From: an uncultured delta proteobacterium
Lineage (GTDB): Bacteria > Desulfobacterota > Desulfobacteria > Desulfobacterales > QNYZ01
DNA length: 64,000 nucleotides
Assembly: GCA_963845145.1 (NCBI GenBank)
Contig: CAWJQU010000017.1
Span: 1-64,000 of the forward strand
Direction of reading: 5' to 3'
The notes under the pieces are model-generated. The model was not told the origin of the DNA and did not search any database. It worked only from the letters and a program-made list of their open reading frames with translations. This document shows, one piece after another, positions 50,963 through 60,725 of this stretch; positions within the stretch are counted from its first letter, which is position 1; the number at the start of each line of letters is the position of its first letter. A program made the translations under genes and the position numbers.

Positions 50963-53827
50963 ATGCGTATTTCGCTTAAATGGGTTCTTTTGGCCGGTGT
51001 TATCGGCCTGCTGGTTATTTCGGTCTCTATAATCCTTGCGTCTAGTTACCTGACTTCTCAAAAAGTGCTGTCAGGACATGCCCGGGATATTATGGAGAAC
51101 ATCGCCACCTTTACCATTAAGGAATCGCAACACTATTTAAATCCGGCTCAGGATGCGGCCCAACTCACCGAAAAACTGGCCTTCAGCGATGTTGTCAACA
51201 ATCGCCAAACCGATAAATTGGAACGCTATTTTTATGAACAACTCCAGCTACACGGTAGTTTTGCCGGGATCTACATCGGGTTTGTGAATGGCGAGTTTTT
51301 TTATGTAAACCGCAGCAATGTTCAATCACCAGGCGGCTTTCGTACCAAGATCATATCTTTTGAGAAAGAGGTGCGTCGTACCAAACTCATCTGGCGGGAT
51401 TCGAAGATGGGCGCCCTGGGTGAAGAGTGGGACACGCGGGACACCTACGATCCACGCCAAAGACCCTGGTACCGGGATGCCAGCCGTACTCACCAAACTG
51501 TCTGGACAGATCCCTATATTTTCTATACCTCGCAAAAGCCCGGCTTGACCGTCGCCAGCCCGGTTTACGATCCAAACGGGGAATTGATGGGGGTGGTGGG
51601 GGTTGACATCGAAATTGATGAAATCTCAAGATTTCTGTCCAGATTGAAAGTGGGCAAGCATGGACGGGCGTTTATTTTAACCACCAACGGTGATCTGGTG
51701 GCCTTTCCGGATCTGACCAAGATTCGTTCGCCCGCGGGGGATAGCCAAGATAGCTTTCGCCTGGCGAGGATCGATGAGTTAGGCGATATCTTGGCCTTAA
51801 AGGCGTATCAATCCTTGGCGCAACAGGTTAGTGGTTTAACAGGGAATTCCCGGGTGTTCGGCTCTTTCACAGATTCGGGCCATAATTATCACACGATGTT
51901 CGCACCTTTTACCAATTCCCAATGGCCATGGCTGATCGGTATCTACCTGCCCGAAGATGATTACCTGGGAAGCCTAAAGGCCAACCTCACAAAGAATATT
52001 TATATCATGCTGGCCATTGCCGTTTTGGGTAGCTTTATCGGTTTTTTTTTCGTCAAAGGGATTGTGCGCTCTATGGCCGCATTGCAAAAAGAAGCCCAGG
52101 CGGTCCAGGCCTATGATCTCGACACCACGTATGAAAAAAAGTCGCCTATCAGGGAAATTCAGGCTGCGGTCGATTCATTCGCGCAAATGAAAATCGGTTT
52201 GGCCGAATATCAGCGGCAGAACGTGAAACTGGCAGAGACATTGAAGATCCGCGCCGGCGAATTAAAGACCAAAGAGATGCAGTTGCGATCAACCCTGACG
52301 ACGTTGGTCAATTTTACAGATGCGTTGATTGTATTGGATAAGGATCATCGCATAATGTTTTTAAATCCCAAGGCCGAAGAGTTACTGGCGATGCGGTCAA
52401 ATGCGGTGCTGGGACAACCTTTTGTGTTTCCGGTCTCTCCCGGACCGAAAACCGAGATTGAGATCGAGGTCGCGAATGATATCCCCATGATTGCCGAAAT
52501 GCAGGTCGTCGACACCGAATGGGAAGGCGATGGCGCTTTCCTGGTGGCCTTAAGGGATATTACCCCGCGTATACAGATGGAAAAGGAGATCAAGTGGCGT
52601 ACCGACACGCTGCAAATTCTCCATGAGACGGCGCTGGCTCTGTCTGGGCGTAAAACCATGGCTGAACTTTACGAGGCCATCGCGGTCCGTGTGGTGGCGT
52701 CTCTAGACTGTAAAGGCATGTGGATTTTTTCCTGGGATGATGCACAAGAAACATTGCGTGGTGTCTGGAACTTCCGGTTACAGCCGGACATTGTCGATCG
52801 CCAGGCGCTGGTAGCCTATGGATTGTTCGACCGTGTAATGTCCGAGGGGCGGAGCCTGCTGGAAGAAAAATGCAATGCAAGTCGATTTCCCGGACTGATC
52901 GGCGAGAACGAAACCGTTGATTTTGATCAGTGCATCGCAACCCCGCTTATATGGGGTAGTCGCACGTTGGGCATCATGGTGGCCGGTCGGAACCGTGGCC
53001 AGGCTTTTAGTGGAAAAGATGTTGTTCTATTGGAACAGTTCGGTCCATTGGCGGCAGCAGCCATGGATCAAAATCGACTGCTGATCGAGGCCGAAGGGTT
53101 CTATCGGCGGGCCGAGGAGGATGCCCGCACCAAGTCGGTCCTGCTCAAGGAAATAAACCATCGCGTTAAAAACAATTTGGCTTCCATTATCGGGCTTTTG
53201 TATGCAGAAAAGAACCACAACCCAGCCCGGAAACAGGCCGATTTTCAGGATGCATTGGACGGGGTCATTCATCAAATTCAAGGCTTAGCCACGGTCCACG
53301 ATTTACTGAATGCTGCTGACTGGCGCCCGTTGCCCCTGGGTGAACTGGTGGACAAGGTCATTCAAAGTGCTTTGCTGGTGCTGCCCCGCAATAAGGAGAT
53401 CAACGTCCACATCACCCCCGCATCCATTGGTGTTGCGCCGGTGGTGGCCACTAGTCTGGCCATGATCGTCAACGAGTGTGCCACCAATACCACTAAATAT
53501 GCCCTTACGGGACGGCATAATGGGCGAATTGATGTTCAAATCAATCTGCTTGACAAAGACCGGCTAGTTGAATTAATCCATCGTGACGATGGCCCCGGCT
53601 ATCCGGCGGACGTTTTGCGTTTTAAACGGTACAATACCGGATTGTACCTGTTGAAAAACATTGTGGAGCTGGAGTTAAATGGCCGCTTGACTTTATTAAA
53701 CGACAAAGGGGCGGTAACGCGTTTTCTTTTTCAATTGGACCCGAACGAAAATGGTGCCGACCAAACCTGGTCCGGGGCCGCCATCCACGGAATGTCCGAT
53801 AAGGTGAAGCCGTCCATAGACATTTGA
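50963..53827 (+). CDS. Membrane sensor kinase: dCache - HAMP-like - PAS - GAF - HisKA_2-type kinase
   Basis: YDPRQRPWY and WTDPY (dCache), PAS ending LRDITPR, GAF IATPLIW, EINHRVKNNL H-box, DDGPG. Confidence 0.88.
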   Translation: MRISLKWVLLAGVIGLLVISVSIILASSYLTSQKVLSGHARDIMENIATFTIKESQHYLNPAQDAAQLTEKLAFSDVVNNRQTDKLERYFYEQLQLHGSFAGIYIGFVNGEFFYVNRSNVQSPGGFRTKIISFEKEVRRTKLIWRDSKMGALGEEWDTRDTYDPRQRPWYRDASRTHQTVWTDPYIFYTSQKPGLTVASPVYDPNGELMGVVGVDIEIDEISRFLSRLKVGKHGRAFILTTNGDLVAFPDLTKIRSPAGDSQDSFRLARIDELGDILALKAYQSLAQQVSGLTGNSRVFGSFTDSGHNYHTMFAPFTNSQWPWLIGIYLPEDDYLGSLKANLTKNIYIMLAIAVLGSFIGFFFVKGIVRSMAALQKEAQAVQAYDLDTTYEKKSPIREIQAAVDSFAQMKIGLAEYQRQNVKLAETLKIRAGELKTKEMQLRSTLTTLVNFTDALIVLDKDHRIMFLNPKAEELLAMRSNAVLGQPFVFPVSPGPKTEIEIEVANDIPMIAEMQVVDTEWEGDGAFLVALRDITPRIQMEKEIKWRTDTLQILHETALALSGRKTMAELYEAIAVRVVASLDCKGMWIFSWDDAQETLRGVWNFRLQPDIVDRQALVAYGLFDRVMSEGRSLLEEKCNASRFPGLIGENETVDFDQCIATPLIWGSRTLGIMVAGRNRGQAFSGKDVVLLEQFGPLAAAAMDQNRLLIEAEGFYRRAEEDARTKSVLLKEINHRVKNNLASIIGLLYAEKNHNPARKQADFQDALDGVIHQIQGLATVHDLLNAADWRPLPLGELVDKVIQSALLVLPRNKEINVHITPASIGVAPVVATSLAMIVNECATNTTKYALTGRHNGRIDVQINLLDKDRLVELIHRDDGPGYPADVLRFKRYNTGLYLLKNIVELELNGRLTLLNDKGAVTRFLFQLDPNENGADQTWSGAAIHGMSDKVKPSIDI

Positions 53828-53869
53828 CATAAGAAGACGACACACCATAAATATAGGAGATGTACCTAA

Positions 53870-54478
53870 TTGTCATCCGAATGCTTAAACGTTCTTATCG
53901 CCGAAGATGAAGTTCTTGTCGCCGAAGCGGTGAAAGGTATGTTGGCTGCTCTGGGCCACACTGTTGTCGGACATGCCGCCAATGGACGCCAGGCGGTCGC
54001 ACTTGCCGTCGCTTTGCAACCCGACGCGATTTTGCTGGATATGAAAATGCCGGAAATGAATGGTTTGGAAGCCGCGCGTCAAATATCCGAAACCTGTCCG
54101 ACCCCCATCGTGGTCCTGACGGCCTTTCAATCGCGTGAATTTGTCACCAAAGCCAGCATGGTGGGCGCCGGCGCATTTTTAACCAAACCCACGACACTTC
54201 TCGAACTGGAACGAGCCTTAATCATTGCCACAGCACGGTTTAAGGATATCCGGGATCTGCAACATCAAAATGAAGCGCTATCCAATACCCTTGAGCAAGT
54301 GCGGCAACTAAAAGGGATACTGCCAATCTGTTCCGGGTGCAAAAAGATCCGAGATGAAAAAGGGGACTGGCATCAAGTCGAAAGCTATATCCATGACTAC
54401 ACGGGCGTAGATTTCAGCCACGGTATCTGCCCGGATTGCGTCACTGTGCTATACGCCGATTACGAAGATTTGCTTTGA
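53870..54478 (+). CDS. Response regulator with C-terminal Cys/His motif
   Basis: REC domain (AEDE, LLDMKMP, KP) followed by LPICSGCKKIRD..G.W..VESYI...FSHGICPDC. Confidence 0.88.
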   Translation: MSSECLNVLIAEDEVLVAEAVKGMLAALGHTVVGHAANGRQAVALAVALQPDAILLDMKMPEMNGLEAARQISETCPTPIVVLTAFQSREFVTKASMVGAGAFLTKPTTLLELERALIIATARFKDIRDLQHQNEALSNTLEQVRQLKGILPICSGCKKIRDEKGDWHQVESYIHDYTGVDFSHGICPDCVTVLYADYEDLL

Positions 54479-54526
54479 ACGCCCTTATCAAACGACAATT
54501 ACAAACTACTGAAAAAGGAGAAAAGT

Positions 54527-55048
54527 ATGAGCAAAACAACTGAGAATTTGAAAGCCGCTTTCGCCGGTGAATCCCAAGCCCGAAACAAGTACACTTTTTT
54601 TGCCGAAATCGCCCGTAAGGAAGGTTACATGTACCTTGCGAAAATATTTGAAGAGACCGCTGACAATGAACGGCAACATGCCAAGGACCATTTGCTCTTA
54701 TTGGACGGTCTGGGTGACACGGTGGCCAATCTCAAAGCGGCCATCGGTGGCGAAGATTATGAGGTACAGAGCATGTATCCCCAGATGACCAAGGAGGCTG
54801 AAGAAGAGGGCAATAAAAAGGCTGCCAAGGCCTTCAAACAGGTCGCAAAAATCGAGGCTCACCATAGGGACCGTTACAAGAAACTGCTGGCCATGGTTGA
54901 GGCTGGAACGGTTTATAAACGCGACGAACCGATTAAATGGAAATGCAGTGTGTGCGGTTATATCGTTGAAGGCAAGGAACCTCCCAAAAAATGTCCTTCA
55001 TGCGAATACCCCCAAAAATTCTATGAACCCGCGAATTTGGATGTGTAG
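54527..55048 (+). CDS. rbr: Rubrerythrin
   Basis: AFAGESQARNKY, ExxH motifs, WKCSVCGY...CPSC rubredoxin-like domain. Confidence 0.95.
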   Translation: MSKTTENLKAAFAGESQARNKYTFFAEIARKEGYMYLAKIFEETADNERQHAKDHLLLLDGLGDTVANLKAAIGGEDYEVQSMYPQMTKEAEEEGNKKAAKAFKQVAKIEAHHRDRYKKLLAMVEAGTVYKRDEPIKWKCSVCGYIVEGKEPPKKCPSCEYPQKFYEPANLDV

Positions 55049-55052
55049 AATA

Positions 55053-55220
55053 TAAGGCAACCACGAGGGAATGCGCCTCGAAATATTGCCAATAGCTAAA
55101 CCATTCCGATACCGTCGGGGTGCCCCTGGCGGGTACCCCAACGCGGTGGATTCATCGAATCAAACCCGCGCGGAACGTAAGGGCAACCACAAGGGATGCC
55201 CCTACGATACATCGCCAATA
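55053..55220. repeat. Cluster of three GTAG-type REP-like palindromes in alternating orientation
   Basis: 55181-55205 on the minus strand is GTAGGGGCATCCCTTGTGGTTGCCC; a degenerate direct copy lies at about 55055-55081 and an inverted variant GTCGGGGTGCCCCTGGCGGGTACCCC at 55114-55139. Confidence 0.75.
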
Positions 55221-55353
55221 CCCCAAAAAATTACACTTCTGTAGCGTTAGCCCATATTTGAGGTCGAGGGTCAGACTGTGATCTCAGGCTGATGACGCAC
55301 GGATTGTTCGACAGACGTTTTGTTGGAAATAGATAACGAATTTACGGATGTAT

Positions 55354-55991
55354 TTATCTGCTGTCGGTCAACGCCATTAAAAAGGCAACGATGTCATCCA
55401 CGCCCTGATCCGTCAGGCCGAGATTACCAATATCAGTGGTGTTTAAATTGTCTTCTACCTCCGGCAAGTCCCAGTTTTCAACGTCTCTTGTATTTTTGAA
55501 ATTGACGATATCTTTGAGGGTCGCAAAATAGCCGTTGTGGGAGTAGGGTGCCGAAAGGCCGACATTGCGAAGCGTGGGAACCTTGAATTTTCCATTCTGG
55601 GACGGGTCTCCCAGAAACCCGCCCAACCCAAGATCTACCGGGTTACCCGCCAGTAATGGGTTGACCGGCACACCGATGTCGGCATAGGTGTGGTTGGTAA
55701 ACAGTGGCCCCTTGCGGTCGGGTGTATCATTCATGGCATGACATTGGGCACAATTGGCTACAAAAAGATCCATACCCCTTTGCTCCTTTTCACTGAGTAG
55801 GTCTTGATCAAATCGTGACCTGAATTTCTGCACTTCTGAGGACCGTTCGTAGGCGGCAATTGCCCTGGCAATATTATCATAGGCTGCGTCGACATCGTCT
55901 AAGGCATCATCACCAAAGACCGTTTAAAAGAGGTGGGTGTAGTTGGAATTTAGAACCGCTTGATGGTACCGATCAACGTTTTTATTAGCAT
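55354..55991 (-). pseudogene. Di-heme cytochrome c peroxidase/MauG-family pseudogene (internal deletion and stop codon)
   Basis: AIAAYERS, CAQCH, GKFKVPTLRNV..APYSHNG are retained. The RBS and start MLIKTLIGTI are joined out of frame to the mid-gene, the first heme domain is absent, and there is an in-frame TAA near 55925. Confidence 0.85.
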
Positions 55992-56531
55992 CCGATATCT
56001 CCTTTTTGGCCAACTTTTGAGTAGTCGTTACAAAGCTTTATCCCGATGAAAATAATAGGGCCGGATGAAAAAGATGGGAATTGATTCAAATCCGGTCTCC
56101 TTTCGATACCACCCCCTTCCACCAAACAATCCAGATCGTCATGTACTTTCCATGTTTATCGTTAAAACGAATGGCTTGCTAAAAGGTTACAAAAAAAGGG
56201 GTATGGATACAATTTACTTCCAACCGAGTTTCGTCAGGGGTGATTTCGTTTTTATAAGAAAAGATTTCGGCGGTGGATGAGGTTTTATTGCTTACGGATG
56301 ACCTAACGAAGATTATCGCAGGACACGGGTTTATGGGAGATAAGGTCCAGCTAGGCGGAGGGCAACACCGGTTAGGCGGAAGTTGCCGCCAAGCCCCTGG
56401 CCGACCTTGATGCGAACTGGAAGAAAGGGCTCTTCACAGGAGATCGATGGATCGGGTTGATTTATTCCGGTGTTTAGACCTTGTATTCACTTTAAGCATT
56501 CATAAAAGATTACGCATCATTCCACAACAAC

Positions 56532-56554
56532 TGGGGAGAGGGCCCCTCTCCCCA
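56532..56554. terminator. GC-rich hairpin downstream of the small basic ORF
   Basis: TGGGGAGAGG-GC-CCCTCTCCCCA; no strong U tract. Confidence 0.55.
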
Positions 56555-56575
56555 CATCCATATAAGGTATTGAAA

Positions 56576-56674
56576 TTATTTACTCTTTTTTTCCCGCTTT
56601 GCCTTCTTCTTCTCTTTGATGGATTTTTTGGGTGTTGTTCTATTGTCTTTTTTAGTATCTCTTCCTTTAGCCAT
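56576..56674 (-). CDS. 32-aa Lys-rich small protein
   Basis: AGGAGGT RBS then MAKGRDTKKDNRTTPKKSIKEKKKAKREKKSK*, followed by a hairpin. Confidence 0.7.
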   Translation of the reverse strand: MAKGRDTKKDNRTTPKKSIKEKKKAKREKKSK

Positions 56675-56814
56675 GTGCTTACCTCCTGGAAATTTAAAAA
56701 AAGATATATTTTCGACACATAGCATACGCCTTGGGCTTGAAAATGCAATATTTAAAACGAAAACTTGTTCTGTCTTACATTCTAATTGCCAAAGACTTAC
56801 GTCACCGTATGTCA

Positions 56815-58113
56815 CTATTTTTGTTTGGGATGCCCCAACCGTTGGCAGTAGGTTTCGCGGGTAAATATCAATAGCAATAACGATAGTGTTAGCCAGGCCA
56901 TCATCAGGCCGAAGCCGCTTTGATAAGCGTTTAGCGGATAGACACGCACGTCGGCAACAATTTCTCCCTGCCATTTAAGATCGAGCATCCAGCCGACAGC
57001 CGGTTGAAGGACCATGGGGCCTGTCATTACACCCATATTGATGACACCCGAAACCGTACCTGCCAGGTGGGCAGGCACCGACTCTTTCACATAGGCAAAG
57101 CTGATGATCATGGCGCCGGAGCAAAAACCGGTTATTAATAAAATAATGGTCCGAAGGCTAAAGGGGAGGTTGTCAATGTAAAGGCCGATGAGCCACCCGG
57201 TAAGGGTGAGGGCGCAACCGACGATATAGACCGGTTTGCGACGGCCGATGCGATCCGAAAGCCATCCGAAAAAGGGACCACCCACAGCCCAGGCCACTAG
57301 CACGGCTGAGGTTAATATTGCCGCTTTTTCAGGGGGCAACCCGTGGTGAGTGGTAAGGTAGGGCACACCCCAGAGTCCCGAAAAGGTGAGTACACAGCCG
57401 ACAATGCCGCCTGGTACAAAAAAAAGTAACGCAACATTAGGATAGGCAAAGGTACGAAAAATGCTGCCGAGAATCGATGTCAGTGATGGCTTGGCCAATG
57501 TTTGGGGCGGTGGGGTGAAATCGGCAAAGCCCTTCTGGTGGGGATAGTCCCGGACAAATAACCAGATAGCAAGGCCGATACCAAAAGTAACCAAGGCCGT
57601 GGCCAGGGTAACACTGCGCCAATTAAAGAAATTCACCAGAACCCGAAAAGGCGGTCCTGCGAAAACGGCGCCCACAATGCCGCTGAGTAAAGCCATTCCG
57701 GAAACCATGGCGTATTGTCGGGGCGGAAACCAGGAGTCTGCCACTTTCAACAATGCCACAAAAGCCACGGCCACGGACCCGCCAATCAAAAAACGCCCCC
57801 CATATGCCCAATGGATCGTCGGCGCTATTGCAAATAAGACCGTACCGAGGCCGGCTACAGCGGCACCTGCAGTCAGGAGTCGGCGGGGGCCGAGCGTATC
57901 GGCCAGGATGCCGGTGGGGATTTGCATGGCCACATAGCTGTAGAAATAGAAGGCCGATAAATTGCCGAGCGCTGTGGCGCTGATGTTGAAATCGCGCATC
58001 AATTCACTGGTCATAACCGCCGGCGCGACTCTTTGGAAAAAACCCATCAAATATAAGGCGGCGCCCAATGCCCATATACACCAGGCCAATTTCACGGGAG
58101 GTGAATTTTTCAT
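56815..58113 (-). CDS. MFS transporter
   Basis: About 12 TM helices; GILADTLGPRR and GWLSDRIGRRK motifs. Confidence 0.93.
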   Translation of the reverse strand: MKNSPPVKLAWCIWALGAALYLMGFFQRVAPAVMTSELMRDFNISATALGNLSAFYFYSYVAMQIPTGILADTLGPRRLLTAGAAVAGLGTVLFAIAPTIHWAYGGRFLIGGSVAVAFVALLKVADSWFPPRQYAMVSGMALLSGIVGAVFAGPPFRVLVNFFNWRSVTLATALVTFGIGLAIWLFVRDYPHQKGFADFTPPPQTLAKPSLTSILGSIFRTFAYPNVALLFFVPGGIVGCVLTFSGLWGVPYLTTHHGLPPEKAAILTSAVLVAWAVGGPFFGWLSDRIGRRKPVYIVGCALTLTGWLIGLYIDNLPFSLRTIILLITGFCSGAMIISFAYVKESVPAHLAGTVSGVINMGVMTGPMVLQPAVGWMLDLKWQGEIVADVRVYPLNAYQSGFGLMMAWLTLSLLLLIFTRETYCQRLGHPKQK

Positions 58114-58211
58114 GGGTATTGCGACCTTACTTTTTTATAACCATGACGATGGTTTCCAGACAGACTTAAAAAAATAGAAATTTCTCGGACGGTGAACCTG
58201 ACCGTATGTTT

Positions 58212-59858
58212 CTATATCGTGTAAAGGACAACCAGGCATCGTGTTGTTTCATTGGACTTGCTCTTTAACTTATGCTGGGTGTCGGAATTGAAATGTATGG
58301 ACTCTCCAGGTTTGAGCAGGTGTACTTTGCTGCCCAGTCGGAACTCTAAAACCCCTTCCATGACAAAAATAAATTCTTCGCCTTCATGTTTATAGGCCAC
58401 AGGTTTGTGGACATGATGTGGCTCAATCGTGATCATAAACGCGCGCAAGTGGCTGTTTTCCGCTTCGGGTGTCAGGGTGGTGTAACTATACGCCCTGGTC
58501 CGGCGCTGATAAGCCTGGGTGCGCATATCCCGAATAGCGGCTTTTTCTTCTTTGCGTAGAAAGGTTCCCGGGTCTACCTGCATGGCCTGGGCCATTCGCA
58601 TGATAAAACTTACCGGTGGTGAGAGTACTTCATTTTCAACCTGTTCGATGAAATCCGGCGTTTGGGCCGTGGCTTGAGCCAAGGCATTCACGGACCAGTT
58701 GCGTGCCTCTCGCAACCGGCGCACGAGATCACCAAAGCCACCCCGGGATATCGTCTCTGTATCGTCCATGGTGCAGGTTGCATCTGCCAGACGGCGCATG
58801 GCTGATTGTTTGGCGCGCTGAGCCAACAGGGGGATAATGTCGGCGGCATCGGCCACAATTCCGATATCCGCCCATTGAAAGATCGGAGCCTTGGGATCAC
58901 GGTTGATCGCCACGATGGTTTGGGCATCGGTGATGCCGGCCGTGTACTGCACGGCGCCGGAGGTGCCGACTGTAATCAACAGTTTGGGATGTATGGTTTT
59001 ACCCGTCTGACCGATGAGACGGTTTTCATCCACCCAATGGCTCAGGATCGGTGGCCGGGTCGCTCCCACCTCACCGCCTAATGCCGCAGCGAGTTCGCGT
59101 ATCCGTCCGAACCCACGGATATCACCCATGCCGGCGCCGCCCACCACCACGGTATCGGCTTCCTCAAGGCGACGGGATTCCATAGGCTCGATGGTGCGTT
59201 TAATAAGTTCTAAACCTGTAGTTTGCGGTGAATTATCCAGGTGGACCACGTCTATAGGACAGGGCTCCAAACAGCCTTCCGTGACTTTGACCCCGTGGGG
59301 TTGAATGGTAGCAAAAGCCGTTGTCCATCCATCTGCAAGGGAGATGTCAGCCAGAATTTGCCCTCCCCAGGCTGGGCAACGGCCGACAATCCGGCCGTCT
59401 TGCAGCGTCAAGTCGGCACAGTCGGCAATCATCCCGGCCTGGCAATACTGGGCACCGAAGGCGGCGGTTTCACGGCCGAAGTCATTTAAAGCAAACAATA
59501 CCAACCAGGGGTGGTAAGTCTCGACGAGATCGGCGGTGATGCGAGCACAGACGAAAGGTGTCGGAAATTGCAGTTTGGGATGGGAAACATAAAGGATTGA
59601 CTGAAAGCCCGCCTTACGGGCACTTTCCATAGCTTCTGCCGAGGAGTAGCAGGCGGTGTCAACTGTATCGTGATTTCCATCGATCGGGAGTACCGGGTCT
59701 AACGGCTTTAAATCTTCGGGAGCCCCCACAAGAAGCAAAACCATGGGAACATGGGCTGCTTCAGCGATGGGTTTGGCCTTGGCTGCTACGATTAAACTTT
59801 TTTCCCAGTGGGCAGCGTTACGCCGGTCGCCAAATATCCAGATAGGGCGTGCTGTCAT
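58212..59858 (-). CDS. etfA: Electron transfer flavoprotein alpha subunit fused to XRE HTH + cupin
   Basis: GATRP, IGQTGK, GTSGAVQY.AG, AINRD..APIF; then LVRRLRE..WSV..LA HTH and HEGEEF...GESIHFNS...H cupin in the same ORF. Confidence 0.88.
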   Translation of the reverse strand: MTARPIWIFGDRRNAAHWEKSLIVAAKAKPIAEAAHVPMVLLLVGAPEDLKPLDPVLPIDGNHDTVDTACYSSAEAMESARKAGFQSILYVSHPKLQFPTPFVCARITADLVETYHPWLVLFALNDFGRETAAFGAQYCQAGMIADCADLTLQDGRIVGRCPAWGGQILADISLADGWTTAFATIQPHGVKVTEGCLEPCPIDVVHLDNSPQTTGLELIKRTIEPMESRRLEEADTVVVGGAGMGDIRGFGRIRELAAALGGEVGATRPPILSHWVDENRLIGQTGKTIHPKLLITVGTSGAVQYTAGITDAQTIVAINRDPKAPIFQWADIGIVADAADIIPLLAQRAKQSAMRRLADATCTMDDTETISRGGFGDLVRRLREARNWSVNALAQATAQTPDFIEQVENEVLSPPVSFIMRMAQAMQVDPGTFLRKEEKAAIRDMRTQAYQRRTRAYSYTTLTPEAENSHLRAFMITIEPHHVHKPVAYKHEGEEFIFVMEGVLEFRLGSKVHLLKPGESIHFNSDTQHKLKSKSNETTRCLVVLYTI

Positions 59859-60628
59859 GATGCCATTTTTCCCATGTTGATGAGCCGATCAGTCAAAGCT
59901 GCTACCTGTTCATTGCAATCGCCTTCCAGCATCTCGCAGCGACGTTTTCGCTTTATTTTATGCAGTGCGGAAACACGGGTAGGCGATCCCTCCAATCCAA
60001 CATTCTCTGGTGACAGGTCCAGATCGGATAACCCCCACGTTTCAATGGTGGGGTGATCGTAAACTCGGGCAATCCCTTCCAGGCCCACATGCCGGGGTGA
60101 ATACGCCCTGGGGTGGATCGTCATTATAGCTGGAGCGTTTACCTGCCATGTCTCTTGCCATTCGTCCATGACCCTATGGACCTGCCAGCCGTCCTTATGC
60201 TGCTCAATTTTTTTTGCACCGCTGATGAAGGGCACATCCAGCAACGCGGCTGTTTGGGGGCCAACCTGCCCTGTATCACTATCCGTTGTGCGTACACCAA
60301 AAAAAACAAAATGATACGGTGTCAATTTGGAAAGAGTGGCGGCCAGTACGCGTGCAGTGATCAGCGTATCTGATCCCGCCAGGGCCGGCTCGCTCACCAG
60401 GATGGCCCGATCTGCACCCATGGCCTGGGCCTCGGCCAATATGAGCGACCCCACGGGGGGTCCCATGGTCACGGCGGTGACAGCGCCACCCCACTTATCT
60501 TTAAGTTGCAATGCCGCTTCCAGAACGGGACGGTCAAAAACGTTGAGTTCGCTGTTATCGCGTGTTCGCTTGACTTCGCCAACCGGTACCGTACGCAACA
60601 CGGATTTAATACAGACGATGATGTGCAT
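59855..60628 (-). CDS. etfB: Electron transfer flavoprotein beta subunit
   Basis: MHIIVCIK, TMGPP, AGSDT, DSDTGQVG, GLEGSPTRV. Confidence 0.95.
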   Translation of the reverse strand: MHIIVCIKSVLRTVPVGEVKRTRDNSELNVFDRPVLEAALQLKDKWGGAVTAVTMGPPVGSLILAEAQAMGADRAILVSEPALAGSDTLITARVLAATLSKLTPYHFVFFGVRTTDSDTGQVGPQTAALLDVPFISGAKKIEQHKDGWQVHRVMDEWQETWQVNAPAIMTIHPRAYSPRHVGLEGIARVYDHPTIETWGLSDLDLSPENVGLEGSPTRVSALHKIKRKRRCEMLEGDCNEQVAALTDRLINMGKMAS

Positions 60629-60725
60629 GGTTTGGTATTCCCATTCGATGCGTCTTTGCTATCAGAAGGCCCTTTACGAATGACGACCTATAAGGTATTC
60701 GGGCTCCGACGGTTCGCAAATGTGC

